Origin: Myxococcales bacterium
GTDB lineage: Bacteria; Myxococcota_A; UBA9042
NCBI GenBank assembly: GCA_002726535.1
Contig: PBTG01000078.1
Location: forward strand, 1-36,491
Length of the DNA stretch: 36,491 nt
Direction: 5' to 3'
In this document: positions 17,232 to 24,826 of the stretch, piece by piece
Layout of the letters: each line of letters starts with the position of its first letter
Numbering within the stretch: the first letter of the stretch is position 1
Notes under the pieces: model-generated
Told to the model about the DNA's origin: nothing
Database searches by the model: none
What the model saw: only the letters and a program-made list of their open reading frames with translations
Translations under genes and position numbers: made by a program

Positions 17232-18443
17232 ATGACATCTCCTCATGACCAGGTAGAGCCGACGCCCCTGACTTGGGTGGAGATCTCCGAACGAGCGTTG
17301 ATGGCCAACGCTCGTCTGCTACAAAAGGTCGCCGCAGGCTCAAAGCGCTCGCCGATTACCTGCGTCATGGTCAAAGGTAACGGCTATGGCCATGGGCTGA
17401 TTGAAGCCAGCCGCTGCTTCGTGAAAGCCGGTATCGATTGGCTCGGAGTCGCTGATATTCGTGAAGCGCAGAGTTTACGCAGCGCCGGCGTCCAAGCGCC
17501 TTTGTACGCTGTGTGCCATGTCGCCCCAAATCAAGTACATGCGGCTGTGAAACTGGGTCTCAAACTTACCGTCTATGACGCCCAAACTGTTCAAGCAGCC
17601 TCCCGAGCAGTTCACGACCTCGGGCGTCCCTGTCATCTTCATCTGAAGCTCGAGACCGGTACCAACCGGCAAGGTCTTCGGCACGACCAAGCGCTTCAAT
17701 TGGCTCAAGAGATCCTCGACACCCCAGGGCTCGTCTTAGAGGGTCTCAGCACACATTTTGCTGACATCGAAGACACAACCGATCACGGGTTCGCCAAACA
17801 ACAATTGGCGCGCTTTCAAGCTGGGCTCAATGCCCTGCGAGACTTGATGAGCAGCAAAGGCGAAGATCCAAACCAACTGATGGCTCACGCATCGAACAGC
17901 GCCGCCGTGATGTTGTGGCCTGAGGTCTCGCTAGACATGGTCCGTTTTGGCATCGCTGCCTATGGGATGTGGCCAAGCAAAGAGACCTTCTTGAGCGCGC
18001 AACAGCTCGGCAGGCGCCCCCTAGATCTGCAGCCTGCGATGACATGGAAGACAGTCGTCGCTCAGGTCCGCGAGGTCCCAAGCGGTGAATGGGTCGGCTA
18101 CGGCCGAACCTTTCAAGCGCTGCGGGACAGTAAGATCGCCATCTTACCGATTGGCTATTACGACGGATACGATCGACGCTTTTCCAGTCGCTCTCAGGTC
18201 CTCATCGGTGGTCACAAAGCTCCCATAGCCGGTCGAGTTGCGATGAACATGGTGGCCGTCGATGTCACCGACAACCCCACTGTCACCCAAGGTGATGAGG
18301 TTGTGTTACTGGGCTCTCAACAGGCGCCAGATGGCAGCGTCTCCGCGCTCCACGCCGAACAATTGGCCCGTTGGATCGGCACCATTAACTACGAAGTCGT
18401 CACCCGCATCAACGATCGCATCGATCGTGTTTTGAAGGATTAA
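17232..18443 (+). CDS. alr: alanine racemase
   Basis: WVEIS, VMVKGNGYGHG (PLP lysine), HLKLETGTNRQG, STHFA, HASNSAA, VGYGRTF (catalytic Tyr), IGYYDGY, GTINYEV. ATG 17232 with AGGAG at 17220-17224. Confidence 0.95.
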   Translation: MTSPHDQVEPTPLTWVEISERALMANARLLQKVAAGSKRSPITCVMVKGNGYGHGLIEASRCFVKAGIDWLGVADIREAQSLRSAGVQAPLYAVCHVAPNQVHAAVKLGLKLTVYDAQTVQAASRAVHDLGRPCHLHLKLETGTNRQGLRHDQALQLAQEILDTPGLVLEGLSTHFADIEDTTDHGFAKQQLARFQAGLNALRDLMSSKGEDPNQLMAHASNSAAVMLWPEVSLDMVRFGIAAYGMWPSKETFLSAQQLGRRPLDLQPAMTWKTVVAQVREVPSGEWVGYGRTFQALRDSKIAILPIGYYDGYDRRFSSRSQVLIGGHKAPIAGRVAMNMVAVDVTDNPTVTQGDEVVLLGSQQAPDGSVSALHAEQLARWIGTINYEVVTRINDRIDRVLKD

Positions 18444-18530
18444 ATCGACGACCAACGTGTTATGACCATGCGGATGCTGTCGCGCTCGAGTGAACATCGT
18501 CTTTATCGGTGAGACTGAGGAGAACACCTG

Positions 18531-19391
18531 TTGCCCCACAAAAGACCCACCTTCGGTATGGGAGCCTTTGTCCTGGCGCGTTTTGAACTCGCTAGACAAC
18601 TCCGCGTGCCCTATTCGTGGCTGTCTTTGGTCATGGTGGGGTTGATCTCAGCTCTGATTGGAAAATGGCTCGGAAAACAATCTCAAACTGCCCACGACTG
18701 GGTGGTTTCAGCAGACAGTGCCAAAATCGCGGACCTTGAATTCTGGGGCAGCGCCTCTGTGACAGTCGAAGCGATGATGGAGTTGTTGAGAGTGCATCCA
18801 CCCCTGTTGTTAGGGCTCTTCGCCGGTTCTTTGATGATGGTCCCTGGCCTAGCTTTGACCTTTGGATACGACCAAATCGCCTCAGATATCCAAACGCGGC
18901 ACGCTCGGTTCTTATTGGTCCGACTTAGCCGAGTGGAAATGTATTTGGGCAAAACACTCGCGGCGTTCGGGCTCTTGGTCATCGCAGTTACCGTAGCGCT
19001 TGGACTCGCCGGCGGAGTCTACCTGGCCACGGCAACGACCGACACCGGCAGCGATGCGCTGCTCTATTTGCTGCGAATCTGGGCCACCACTGTGGTCGCG
19101 ACAATTCCTTACGTGACCTTTTTGGGACTGCTCAACGCGCTCTGTGGTCGCGGTTGGTTGAGCTTAATGCTGTGCTTTGTGTTGTGGTCTGGGTTGTGGA
19201 TCCTTGGCGGTATTTCTAGCGCGATGGATTGGCCCCTCGACATCAGCTCGTGGCTCTTTCCGAGCTATGCTCGCCACTTGTTGGCCAGCGATGACTGGAG
19301 TGACCAACTCAACACATGGGTCCATGGCATTACCTTTAGCATTGTGAGCCTGAGTGCTGGCCTGTGGTGGTTTCGGAGGCGCGACTTATGA
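18531..19391 (+). CDS. ABC-2 type transporter permease
   Basis: About six TM segments; GYDQIASDIQTRHARFLLVRLSRVEMYLGK cytoplasmic loop; FRRRDL C-terminus; TTG start with GAGGAG 8 nt upstream; stop overlaps the ATPase start. Confidence 0.85.
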   Translation: MPHKRPTFGMGAFVLARFELARQLRVPYSWLSLVMVGLISALIGKWLGKQSQTAHDWVVSADSAKIADLEFWGSASVTVEAMMELLRVHPPLLLGLFAGSLMMVPGLALTFGYDQIASDIQTRHARFLLVRLSRVEMYLGKTLAAFGLLVIAVTVALGLAGGVYLATATTDTGSDALLYLLRIWATTVVATIPYVTFLGLLNALCGRGWLSLMLCFVLWSGLWILGGISSAMDWPLDISSWLFPSYARHLLASDDWSDQLNTWVHGITFSIVSLSAGLWWFRRRDL

Positions 19392-20326
19392 GCTTCGCGT
19401 TGTCCTTGAACGCCGTATCAAAGAGCTTCGGTGCCCTCCATGTGCTCCGTGGAGTGGATTTGCGTGTGCCGACGGGCACTGTCTTTGGTCTTGTGGGACC
19501 CAATGGTGCCGGAAAAACCACGCTCTTTTCCATCATCAGTGGATACCTACGAGCCGATCAGGGCAGCATCGAGATGTTCGGTCAGGTCATCGAAAAGGGA
19601 CGTCCACCTTCGTGGGGACGCTTTGGAATTTTACCCCAAGACGCCGCATTGTTGCCGCGATCGACAATCGCTGAGCAGTTGACGTTATACGCGATGTTAC
19701 AAGGGCTCACGGAAGACCAAGCGAAACAAGATTGCGACCGTGTACTAAGCGCCGTTCAGCTGGCTGAAGTGGCTCCTCGGAAGCCAACGACCTTGTCTCA
19801 CGGCATGCACAAACGCGTCGGTATCGCGCAAGCCTTTCTCGGCTCACCGGAGTTGGTGATTTTGGACGAGCCCACTGCGGGTCTCGATCCCAACGCCGCG
19901 CGATCGATTCGAAATTGGATCCGTGTACTGAGCGAGTCATGCACAGTGATCGTCTCGAGCCACAACCTCTCAGAGATCGAAGACCTCTGTGATGAAGTAG
20001 CGATTTTGCACCAAGGGACGATCGTTCAGCAGCACACGGTAAGCGGCGTCGTCGCCGGCGCCGCATCTTTGCTGATCCGACCTGAGCGCGAACCGACTGC
20101 CAAAGGACTGGCTGCGATCGACGCGATGCCCTTTGTCATCGGTGTCCAATGGTCATCAGAAGGCGGTCGAATCGCGGTTGAATTTAACCGCGATATGGCG
20201 GCTCCTTCCGTCGCCGCTCGAGAGTTGATCTCGTTGATGATCGAACTCGATCTGCCCTTTGTAGAGCTACAAATTGGAAAGAGCCTCGAAGAGCGCTTTA
20301 TTGAGCAAACCAATACACCCGGCTGA
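19388..20326 (+). CDS. ABC transporter ATP-binding protein
   Basis: Walker A GPNGAGKTT, signature LSHGM, Walker B/D-loop VILDEPTAGLDP, H-loop SSH; ATGA overlap at 19388-19391. Confidence 0.93.
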   Translation: MSFALSLNAVSKSFGALHVLRGVDLRVPTGTVFGLVGPNGAGKTTLFSIISGYLRADQGSIEMFGQVIEKGRPPSWGRFGILPQDAALLPRSTIAEQLTLYAMLQGLTEDQAKQDCDRVLSAVQLAEVAPRKPTTLSHGMHKRVGIAQAFLGSPELVILDEPTAGLDPNAARSIRNWIRVLSESCTVIVSSHNLSEIEDLCDEVAILHQGTIVQQHTVSGVVAGAASLLIRPEREPTAKGLAAIDAMPFVIGVQWSSEGGRIAVEFNRDMAAPSVAARELISLMIELDLPFVELQIGKSLEERFIEQTNTPG

Positions 20327-20386
20327 GCGCACCTAGAGTCCCTCAAACCTGTACTCTGATGCAGCCAAATGACTAGGGACAGAGGA

Positions 20387-22987
20387 TCAACTGGCCAACT
20401 CTAAGGCCAATTCGTCACCTTCTGCCACCGCGACGATCTGACTGCCACTGGGGAAGTCACCATTGAGAATCGCCTGAGCCAATGGATTCTCTAATCGTTG
20501 TTGAATCGCCCTTTTCAGCGGTCGTGCCCCATAGATGGGATCGTATCCTTGCCGCGCTAGCACTCGTTTGGCCTGATCATCGAGATGCAAGGAGAGCTTT
20601 TTCGCTCTCAGCCGCTGAGTCAGACTCTCGAGCTGTAGATCCACGATCAGCAGCATATCTTGCTCTCGCAGGGCTTGAAAGACGACAACTTCATCGATGC
20701 GGTTGATAAATTCCGGTCGAAAATGTCCACGCAGAGCGCTTTGAACCCGCTCCTCGATCTCAGCAGCACTGGCTTTGCCTCCTTGAAGCGCCTCGGTAAT
20801 CACGTGCGCGCCGACGTTGCTCGTCATCAGGACAATGGTGTTCCGAAAATCAACTTCTCTACCTTGGGCATCCGTTAAGCGACCCTCATCGAGGACTTGA
20901 AGCAAGACATTGAGCACGTCTGGATGGGCCTTCTCTAGTTCATCGAAGAGCACCACAGAATACGGTCTACGGCGTACGGCCTCAGTGAGTTGGCCTCCCT
21001 CTTCATGGCCAACGTATCCAGGAGGAGCCCCAATGAGGCGAGCAACCGAGTGCTTTTCCATGTACTCACTCATATCAATGCGAACCATGGCGCGCTCGTC
21101 ATCGAAGATGAACTCGGTGAGCGCCTTGACCAACTCGGTCTTACCGACACCGGTCGGCCCCAAGAATATAAAGGACCCCATCGGTCGATCGGGATCTTGT
21201 AATCCCGATCGCGAGCGACGAATGGCGTTCGCCACAGCACTAACGGCCGGCTGTTGATGAATCACTCGAGCGTTGAGGTGTTCCTCGATTCGCAAGAGCT
21301 TTTGCATTTCCGCCTCTAGCATCTTGGTCACAGGAATTCCCGTCCAAGCGGCGACAACCTCGGCGATCTCTTGTTCGCCGACCTCTTCTTGCAACATCCT
21401 CAGCTCTGACTGGTGATCGGCCAGTTGCCCCTGGAGCAGTACAATCTGGCCCTCGTGCTCTGGAATTACGCCGTAGAGCAACCGAGCAGACTCTTCATGA
21501 TCATGATTTCGCTGTGCGACCTCCAACAATCCGTTGGCCTCATCGATATGCTCTTTACGCTCTCGGATCTCATCAATGAGCTGTTTTTCCCGCTGCCAAT
21601 GAGCTTTGGCGCCAGCGGCCTCTTCTTGTAACTCGGCCACTTCGGATTCCAGAGCTTGCAGACGCTCCAAAGAGGTCTGATCGGTCTCCATTGCCAAGGC
21701 AGCGCGCTCAATCTCGAGTTGTTGAATACGGCGTTCTAGTTGATCGATCTCAGTGGGTAGGCTGTCGATCTCAATGCGCAAGCGACTCGCGGCTTCATCG
21801 ATCAAATCGATCGCTTTGTCTGGCAAAAACCGATCTGAAATGTAGCGATCGCTCAAATTTGCTGCGCTGATCAGTGCAGCGTCTTGAATGCGAACGCCAT
21901 GATGAACCTCATATTTATCCTTAAGACCTCGCAAGATACTGATCGTGTCGACGATCGATGGCTCTGTAACCAAAACCGGTTGGAAACGTCGTTCGAGCGC
22001 CGGATCTTTTTCGATGTACTGACGATATTCATCCAGTGTTGTCGCGCCCACACAACGCAACTCACCGCGTGCGAGAGCTGGCTTTAGCATGTTCGATGCA
22101 TCCATGGCGCCGTCGCCTTTGCCAGCGCCGACCAAGGTGTGCAACTCGTCGATAAACAAAATCAACTCGCCTTGGCTGTTGTTGAGTTCTTTGAGCACTG
22201 ACTTGAGGCGCTCTTCAAACTCGCCTCTGTATTTGGCGCCAGCAACCATCGAGGCGAGGTCCAATGCCAAAACTCGCTTATTTTTTAGTGTTGAGGGCAC
22301 ATCTCCACTGACGATCCGCTGCGCCAGCCCCTCTGCCATCGCCGTTTTACCCACTCCAGGCTCGCCGATGAGTACAGGATTGTTCTTGCGACGTCGTGAC
22401 AAGACCTGCATGACGCGGCGAATCTCATCATCTCTACCGATGACCGGGTCAAGTTGACCCTTGCGAGCGACAGCGGTTAAGTCGCGAGCGTAGCGCTCTA
22501 AAGATTGATAGGTCGACTCCGGCTCTTGGCTGGTGATTCGCTCGCTACCGCGTAACGTCTTCAACGTCGCCAAAAGCGGCTGTTTCCGTACGCCGGCCTC
22601 GTCCAAAATCCGTCCAGCGTCTGCACGACCTTCATCAGCGAGGGCAAGCAGCAGATGCTCGGTAGAGGTGTAGTCGTCGTTGAACAGTCCTCGATGCCGA
22701 TCGGCTTGGGCCAGAAATTCGCGAAAGCGAGCACTGGGTAGCAAATTGGACACCCCATGAACTTGCGGCAAACGTACCAATGAGCGCTCAACTGCCTCAC
22801 GTAAAGGCTCCAATGAGACTTCTAGCTTAGCGAGCAATGGACGCACGACGCCATCGACTTCGTCACTAAGTAAAGCCCCAAAGACATGCTCTGGTTCTAA
22901 GTGCTGATGATTGCGTTGCCTAGCTTGCTGCGCCGCGACAGACAGCGCTTGCTGAGCGTTGGTGGTGTATCCATCCATTTGCATCAT
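20387..22987 (-). CDS. clpB: ATP-dependent disaggregase ClpB
   Basis: 866 aa; Clp N-domain, NBD1 GEPGVGKT and LFIDELH, long coiled-coil M-domain, NBD2 [40 protein letters not shown]; no IGF ClpP-binding loop seen. Confidence 0.97.
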   Translation of the reverse strand: MMQMDGYTTNAQQALSVAAQQARQRNHQHLEPEHVFGALLSDEVDGVVRPLLAKLEVSLEPLREAVERSLVRLPQVHGVSNLLPSARFREFLAQADRHRGLFNDDYTSTEHLLLALADEGRADAGRILDEAGVRKQPLLATLKTLRGSERITSQEPESTYQSLERYARDLTAVARKGQLDPVIGRDDEIRRVMQVLSRRRKNNPVLIGEPGVGKTAMAEGLAQRIVSGDVPSTLKNKRVLALDLASMVAGAKYRGEFEERLKSVLKELNNSQGELILFIDELHTLVGAGKGDGAMDASNMLKPALARGELRCVGATTLDEYRQYIEKDPALERRFQPVLVTEPSIVDTISILRGLKDKYEVHHGVRIQDAALISAANLSDRYISDRFLPDKAIDLIDEAASRLRIEIDSLPTEIDQLERRIQQLEIERAALAMETDQTSLERLQALESEVAELQEEAAGAKAHWQREKQLIDEIRERKEHIDEANGLLEVAQRNHDHEESARLLYGVIPEHEGQIVLLQGQLADHQSELRMLQEEVGEQEIAEVVAAWTGIPVTKMLEAEMQKLLRIEEHLNARVIHQQPAVSAVANAIRRSRSGLQDPDRPMGSFIFLGPTGVGKTELVKALTEFIFDDERAMVRIDMSEYMEKHSVARLIGAPPGYVGHEEGGQLTEAVRRRPYSVVLFDELEKAHPDVLNVLLQVLDEGRLTDAQGREVDFRNTIVLMTSNVGAHVITEALQGGKASAAEIEERVQSALRGHFRPEFINRIDEVVVFQALREQDMLLIVDLQLESLTQRLRAKKLSLHLDDQAKRVLARQGYDPIYGARPLKRAIQQRLENPLAQAILNGDFPSGSQIVAVAEGDELALELAS

Positions 22988-22999
22988 TGTCTCCCACTG

Positions 23000-23050
23000 A
23001 ACTCACGAAGCGCCGTGAGTCGCGAGACTTCGCCTCAACGAAGTGCTCGC
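23000..23050 (-). promoter_or_regulatory. two abutting hairpins between the RRM gene and the clpB ribosome-binding site
   Basis: Minus strand GCGAG-c-ACTTCGT-tgag-GCGAAGT-CTCGC followed directly by GACTCACGG-cgct-TCGTGAGTT; no U-tract; ends about 4 nt before GGGAGA. Confidence 0.5.
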
Positions 23051-23105
23051 ATGTGTGAGATACGCAAGGATGGATTGGGACTCTGTCAAGCAGACGAGCC
23101 CTCAT

Positions 23106-23708
23106 CTACCAGCCGTCATTGTCTTCGAATTGCCGCCGGTCACCGCCGCCACGACCGCCACGACCGCCGCGACCGTCCCGACCACCACGACCGCCACGAC
23201 CGCCACGGCCACCACGGTCAGCATAGTCGTCATGACGCTGATCTCGCTCTTTGCCTCGCCGGCGTTCGCGACGACGACGATCGTCTCGTTCAAACATCGA
23301 AGGCTCTGGGGGGGGCTGTCCATAACTGGAAGGACCACGTCCAGGGCCTCCGCGGCCTCCTTGAGATTCGCCACGGCCGGAAAAGTTCGGCCGAGAGCGT
23401 CCAGCACCCCCACGAAAATCATCTGAGCCGCTATGGCGTGGCCGTTGCTCACGACCTCCAGCTCTTTCCCGAGCGAGATCGACCTTCAAACGGCGCCCAT
23501 CGACTTCTTTGCCATCCATGGCTGATTGCGCGGATGCGGCCTCTTCGATCGTCTCGAAAGTCACGAAGCCAAAACCTCTCGACCGTCCTGTTTCGCGATC
23601 GGTCATTACTTTTGCGTCCGTTACGACACCAAACTCACTGAAGGCTTGTCGCAGTCCGTCATCGGAAGTCGACCAACTGATTCCTCCAACAAAAAGTCTC
23701 TTACTCAT
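23106..23708 (-). CDS. RRM-domain RNA-binding protein with long RGG and mixed-charge low-complexity tail
   Basis: RNP2 LFVGGI, DRETGRSRGFGFVTF (RNP1), DGRRLKVDLA, then about 118 aa rich in G/R/D/E. Confidence 0.93.
   Translation of the reverse strand: MSKRLFVGGISWSTSDDGLRQAFSEFGVVTDAKVMTDRETGRSRGFGFVTFETIEEAASAQSAMDGKEVDGRRLKVDLARERAGGREQRPRHSGSDDFRGGAGRSRPNFSGRGESQGGRGGPGRGPSSYGQPPPEPSMFERDDRRRRERRRGKERDQRHDDYADRGGRGGRGGRGGRDGRGGRGGRGGGDRRQFEDNDGW
23142..23217 (-). repeat. 9-bp coding tandem repeat (RGG box)
   Basis: About eight imperfect accgccacg units on the + strand, encoding RGGRGGRGGRGGRDGRGGRGGRGGG on the - strand. Confidence 0.9.
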
Positions 23709-23901
23709 CTCCTACCCAGACGGGGCCTCGCTAATGGACCTCTCCAAAGGGGTGACAACGCATCACCCAAGTTTCGGCTTTCATCGGCTGGAGTTGATTC
23801 GTCGCGTGCGTCGCGCGGCGCCCTCCACCTCTACTTGATTGTCTCGCAATTTACTCAGATGTCTATGGTCGATTGTACCGAAACCAACATAAAATACGCA
23901 C

Positions 23902-23940
23902 AAAAAAGACGAGGGCCCCTGCCGAAGCAGAGGCCCTCGC
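23902..23940 (-). terminator. rho-independent terminator of pilA
   Basis: Minus strand GCGAGGGCCTCTGC-TTCG-GCAGGGGCCCTCGT-cTTTTTT: a 14-bp stem, cUUCGg tetraloop and U6 tract, 30 nt after the pilA stop. Confidence 0.93.
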
Positions 23941-23970
23941 GTACTTTACGAACCGTAGGTTCGAGACCGA

Positions 23971-24540
23971 TTACTCAGTCTCGTTCTCACGGTAGATGGC
24001 CGGTGAGCCAACAGCGTTGCACTCGGCGTTAGTAGCGGCCGGGTCGCCACCACCAACAAGCTGGAAGGTCGAGAAGACGCTGTCACAGTCGAGGTCAGCG
24101 TTGGCCTCGGCAGTGTACATAGCGGCTTTTTTCGTACCAGCAGATGCGTAGCTGTACTGGAAGTAGTGCTGATCAGTGATCGAGAACTTCAGGGCCGACC
24201 AGGTGCTGTTGTTCCACGAGCTGAGCGACGGATCGCAACGGTCATCGCCGTCCGTGTCAGCGTTGCAGCAACCGGTACCTGTTGGAGTACTGTTAGCTGC
24301 TGCCGGGAACTGGCAGGGAACGCGGGACATGGTGCCTTTAGCAGTACGCGGCGTCGTGTAGTACGTCGTCGAGCCCTTTTTGATCATGTCCAACATTTCG
24401 TTGGCCTCAGCCGTTTTGGCTGCACGCATGTACTTGGTGAACTGTGGAACTGCGACCACCGCGAGAATAGCGATGATGGCAACAACAATCATGAGCTCGA
24501 TAAGGGTAAATCCTTTCGACTCGCGAAGATTCTTAAACAT
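23971..24540 (-). CDS. pilA: type IVa major pilin (189 aa prepilin, 179 aa mature)
   Basis: Class III signal MFKNLRESKG/FTLIELMIVVAIIAILAVVAVPQF; ATG 24540 with AGGAGG; lies directly downstream of pilS-pilR with its own sigma54 promoter and terminator. Confidence 0.92.
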   Translation of the reverse strand: MFKNLRESKGFTLIELMIVVAIIAILAVVAVPQFTKYMRAAKTAEANEMLDMIKKGSTTYYTTPRTAKGTMSRVPCQFPAAANSTPTGTGCCNADTDGDDRCDPSLSSWNNSTWSALKFSITDQHYFQYSYASAGTKKAAMYTAEANADLDCDSVFSTFQLVGGGDPAATNAECNAVGSPAIYRENETE

Positions 24541-24631
24541 GGTTTTTCCTCCTAACACGCCAAGTTGGTTATCGGCGAATCCTTAACTAAGTTTGGACGC
24601 CGATTGGTGACGTGCCTCGGGTCAGCAATAG

Positions 24632-24648
24632 TGCACAGGCGATGCCAA
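24632..24648 (-). promoter_or_regulatory. sigma54 (-24/-12) promoter of pilA
   Basis: Minus strand TTGGCATCGCCTGTGCA gives GG-N10-GC and matches the TGGCAC-N5-TTGCW consensus closely; the neighbouring PilR has a GAFTGA motif; predicted start near 24621. Confidence 0.85.
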
Positions 24649-24650
24649 CC

Positions 24651-24702
24651 TTGATTTAATTTTTATAACTTTATGAAAATAATGATGATTAATATTTTCA
24701 TC
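24651..24702. promoter_or_regulatory. AT-rich tract between the sigma54 promoter and candidate enhancer (IHF/bending region)
   Basis: ttgatttaatttttataactttatgaaaataatgatgattaatattttca is strongly AT-rich against the window background, at the position where DNA looping is needed in sigma54 promoters. Confidence 0.55.
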
Positions 24703-24725
24703 TTCTGTGCCGATCTTTCAACAAG

Positions 24726-24791
24726 TGACCATTTACGTCGATCTTGTCAATCTTGGGTGACAAAGATCGTCACTTGCGACGGAAAATGTCA
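24726..24791. promoter_or_regulatory. candidate PilR upstream activating sequences (three GAC-N7-GTC palindromes)
   Basis: GAC-catttac-GTC 24727-24739, GAC-aaagatc-GTC 24759-24771 (within gtGAC...GTCac) and GAC-ggaaaat-GTC 24778-24790, about 105-170 nt upstream of the predicted start. Confidence 0.6.
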
Positions 24792-24826
24792 GCGACAAGG
24801 GCGCAGTCGATCGAATCGACCCCAGA

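Noticed and set aside
22988-23050. Classical RNA thermometer for clpB
   Set aside because: The SD sequence lies outside both hairpins, and there is no fourU or ROSE-type anti-SD pairing.
23055-23090. clpB promoter at a perfect TTGACA (23084-23089), or a heat-shock operator
   Set aside because: No acceptable -10 at 16-18 nt spacing, no convincing sigma32 CCCCAT element and no CIRCE inverted repeat seen.
23142-23217. CRISPR-like or non-coding repeat array
   Set aside because: The 9-bp units have no spacers and are in frame with the RGG tail; no cas genes are present.
22901-23641. 246-aa and 127-aa plus-strand ORFs with HDR and TTA repeats
   Set aside because: Antisense readings of the RGG repeat; the minus-strand RRM frame has clear RNP1/RNP2 motifs.
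23768-23840. Hammerhead ribozyme (CCGATGA...GAAAC with a CAAGTA/ACTTG stem)
   Set aside because: The core is CCGAUGA rather than CUGAUGA, stem II cannot form (AAGCC only) and stem I does not close on the core.
23765-23842. SAM-I riboswitch (ATCAAG..AGAGGTGGAGGG...CCGATGAA..CC resemblance)
   Set aside because: The GCAACC/GGTGC P3 core and the 3' strand of P1 are missing, a long insert disrupts P2, and the downstream gene is unrelated to sulfur metabolism. An Rfam scan would settle it.
23971-24510. Electrically conductive (Geobacter-type) e-pilin
   Set aside because: F1, F24, Y27, Y50 and Y51 are present, but positions 32 and 57 are not aromatic, the pilin is long, there is an aromatic-free gap of about 30 aa, and no cytochrome genes are nearby.
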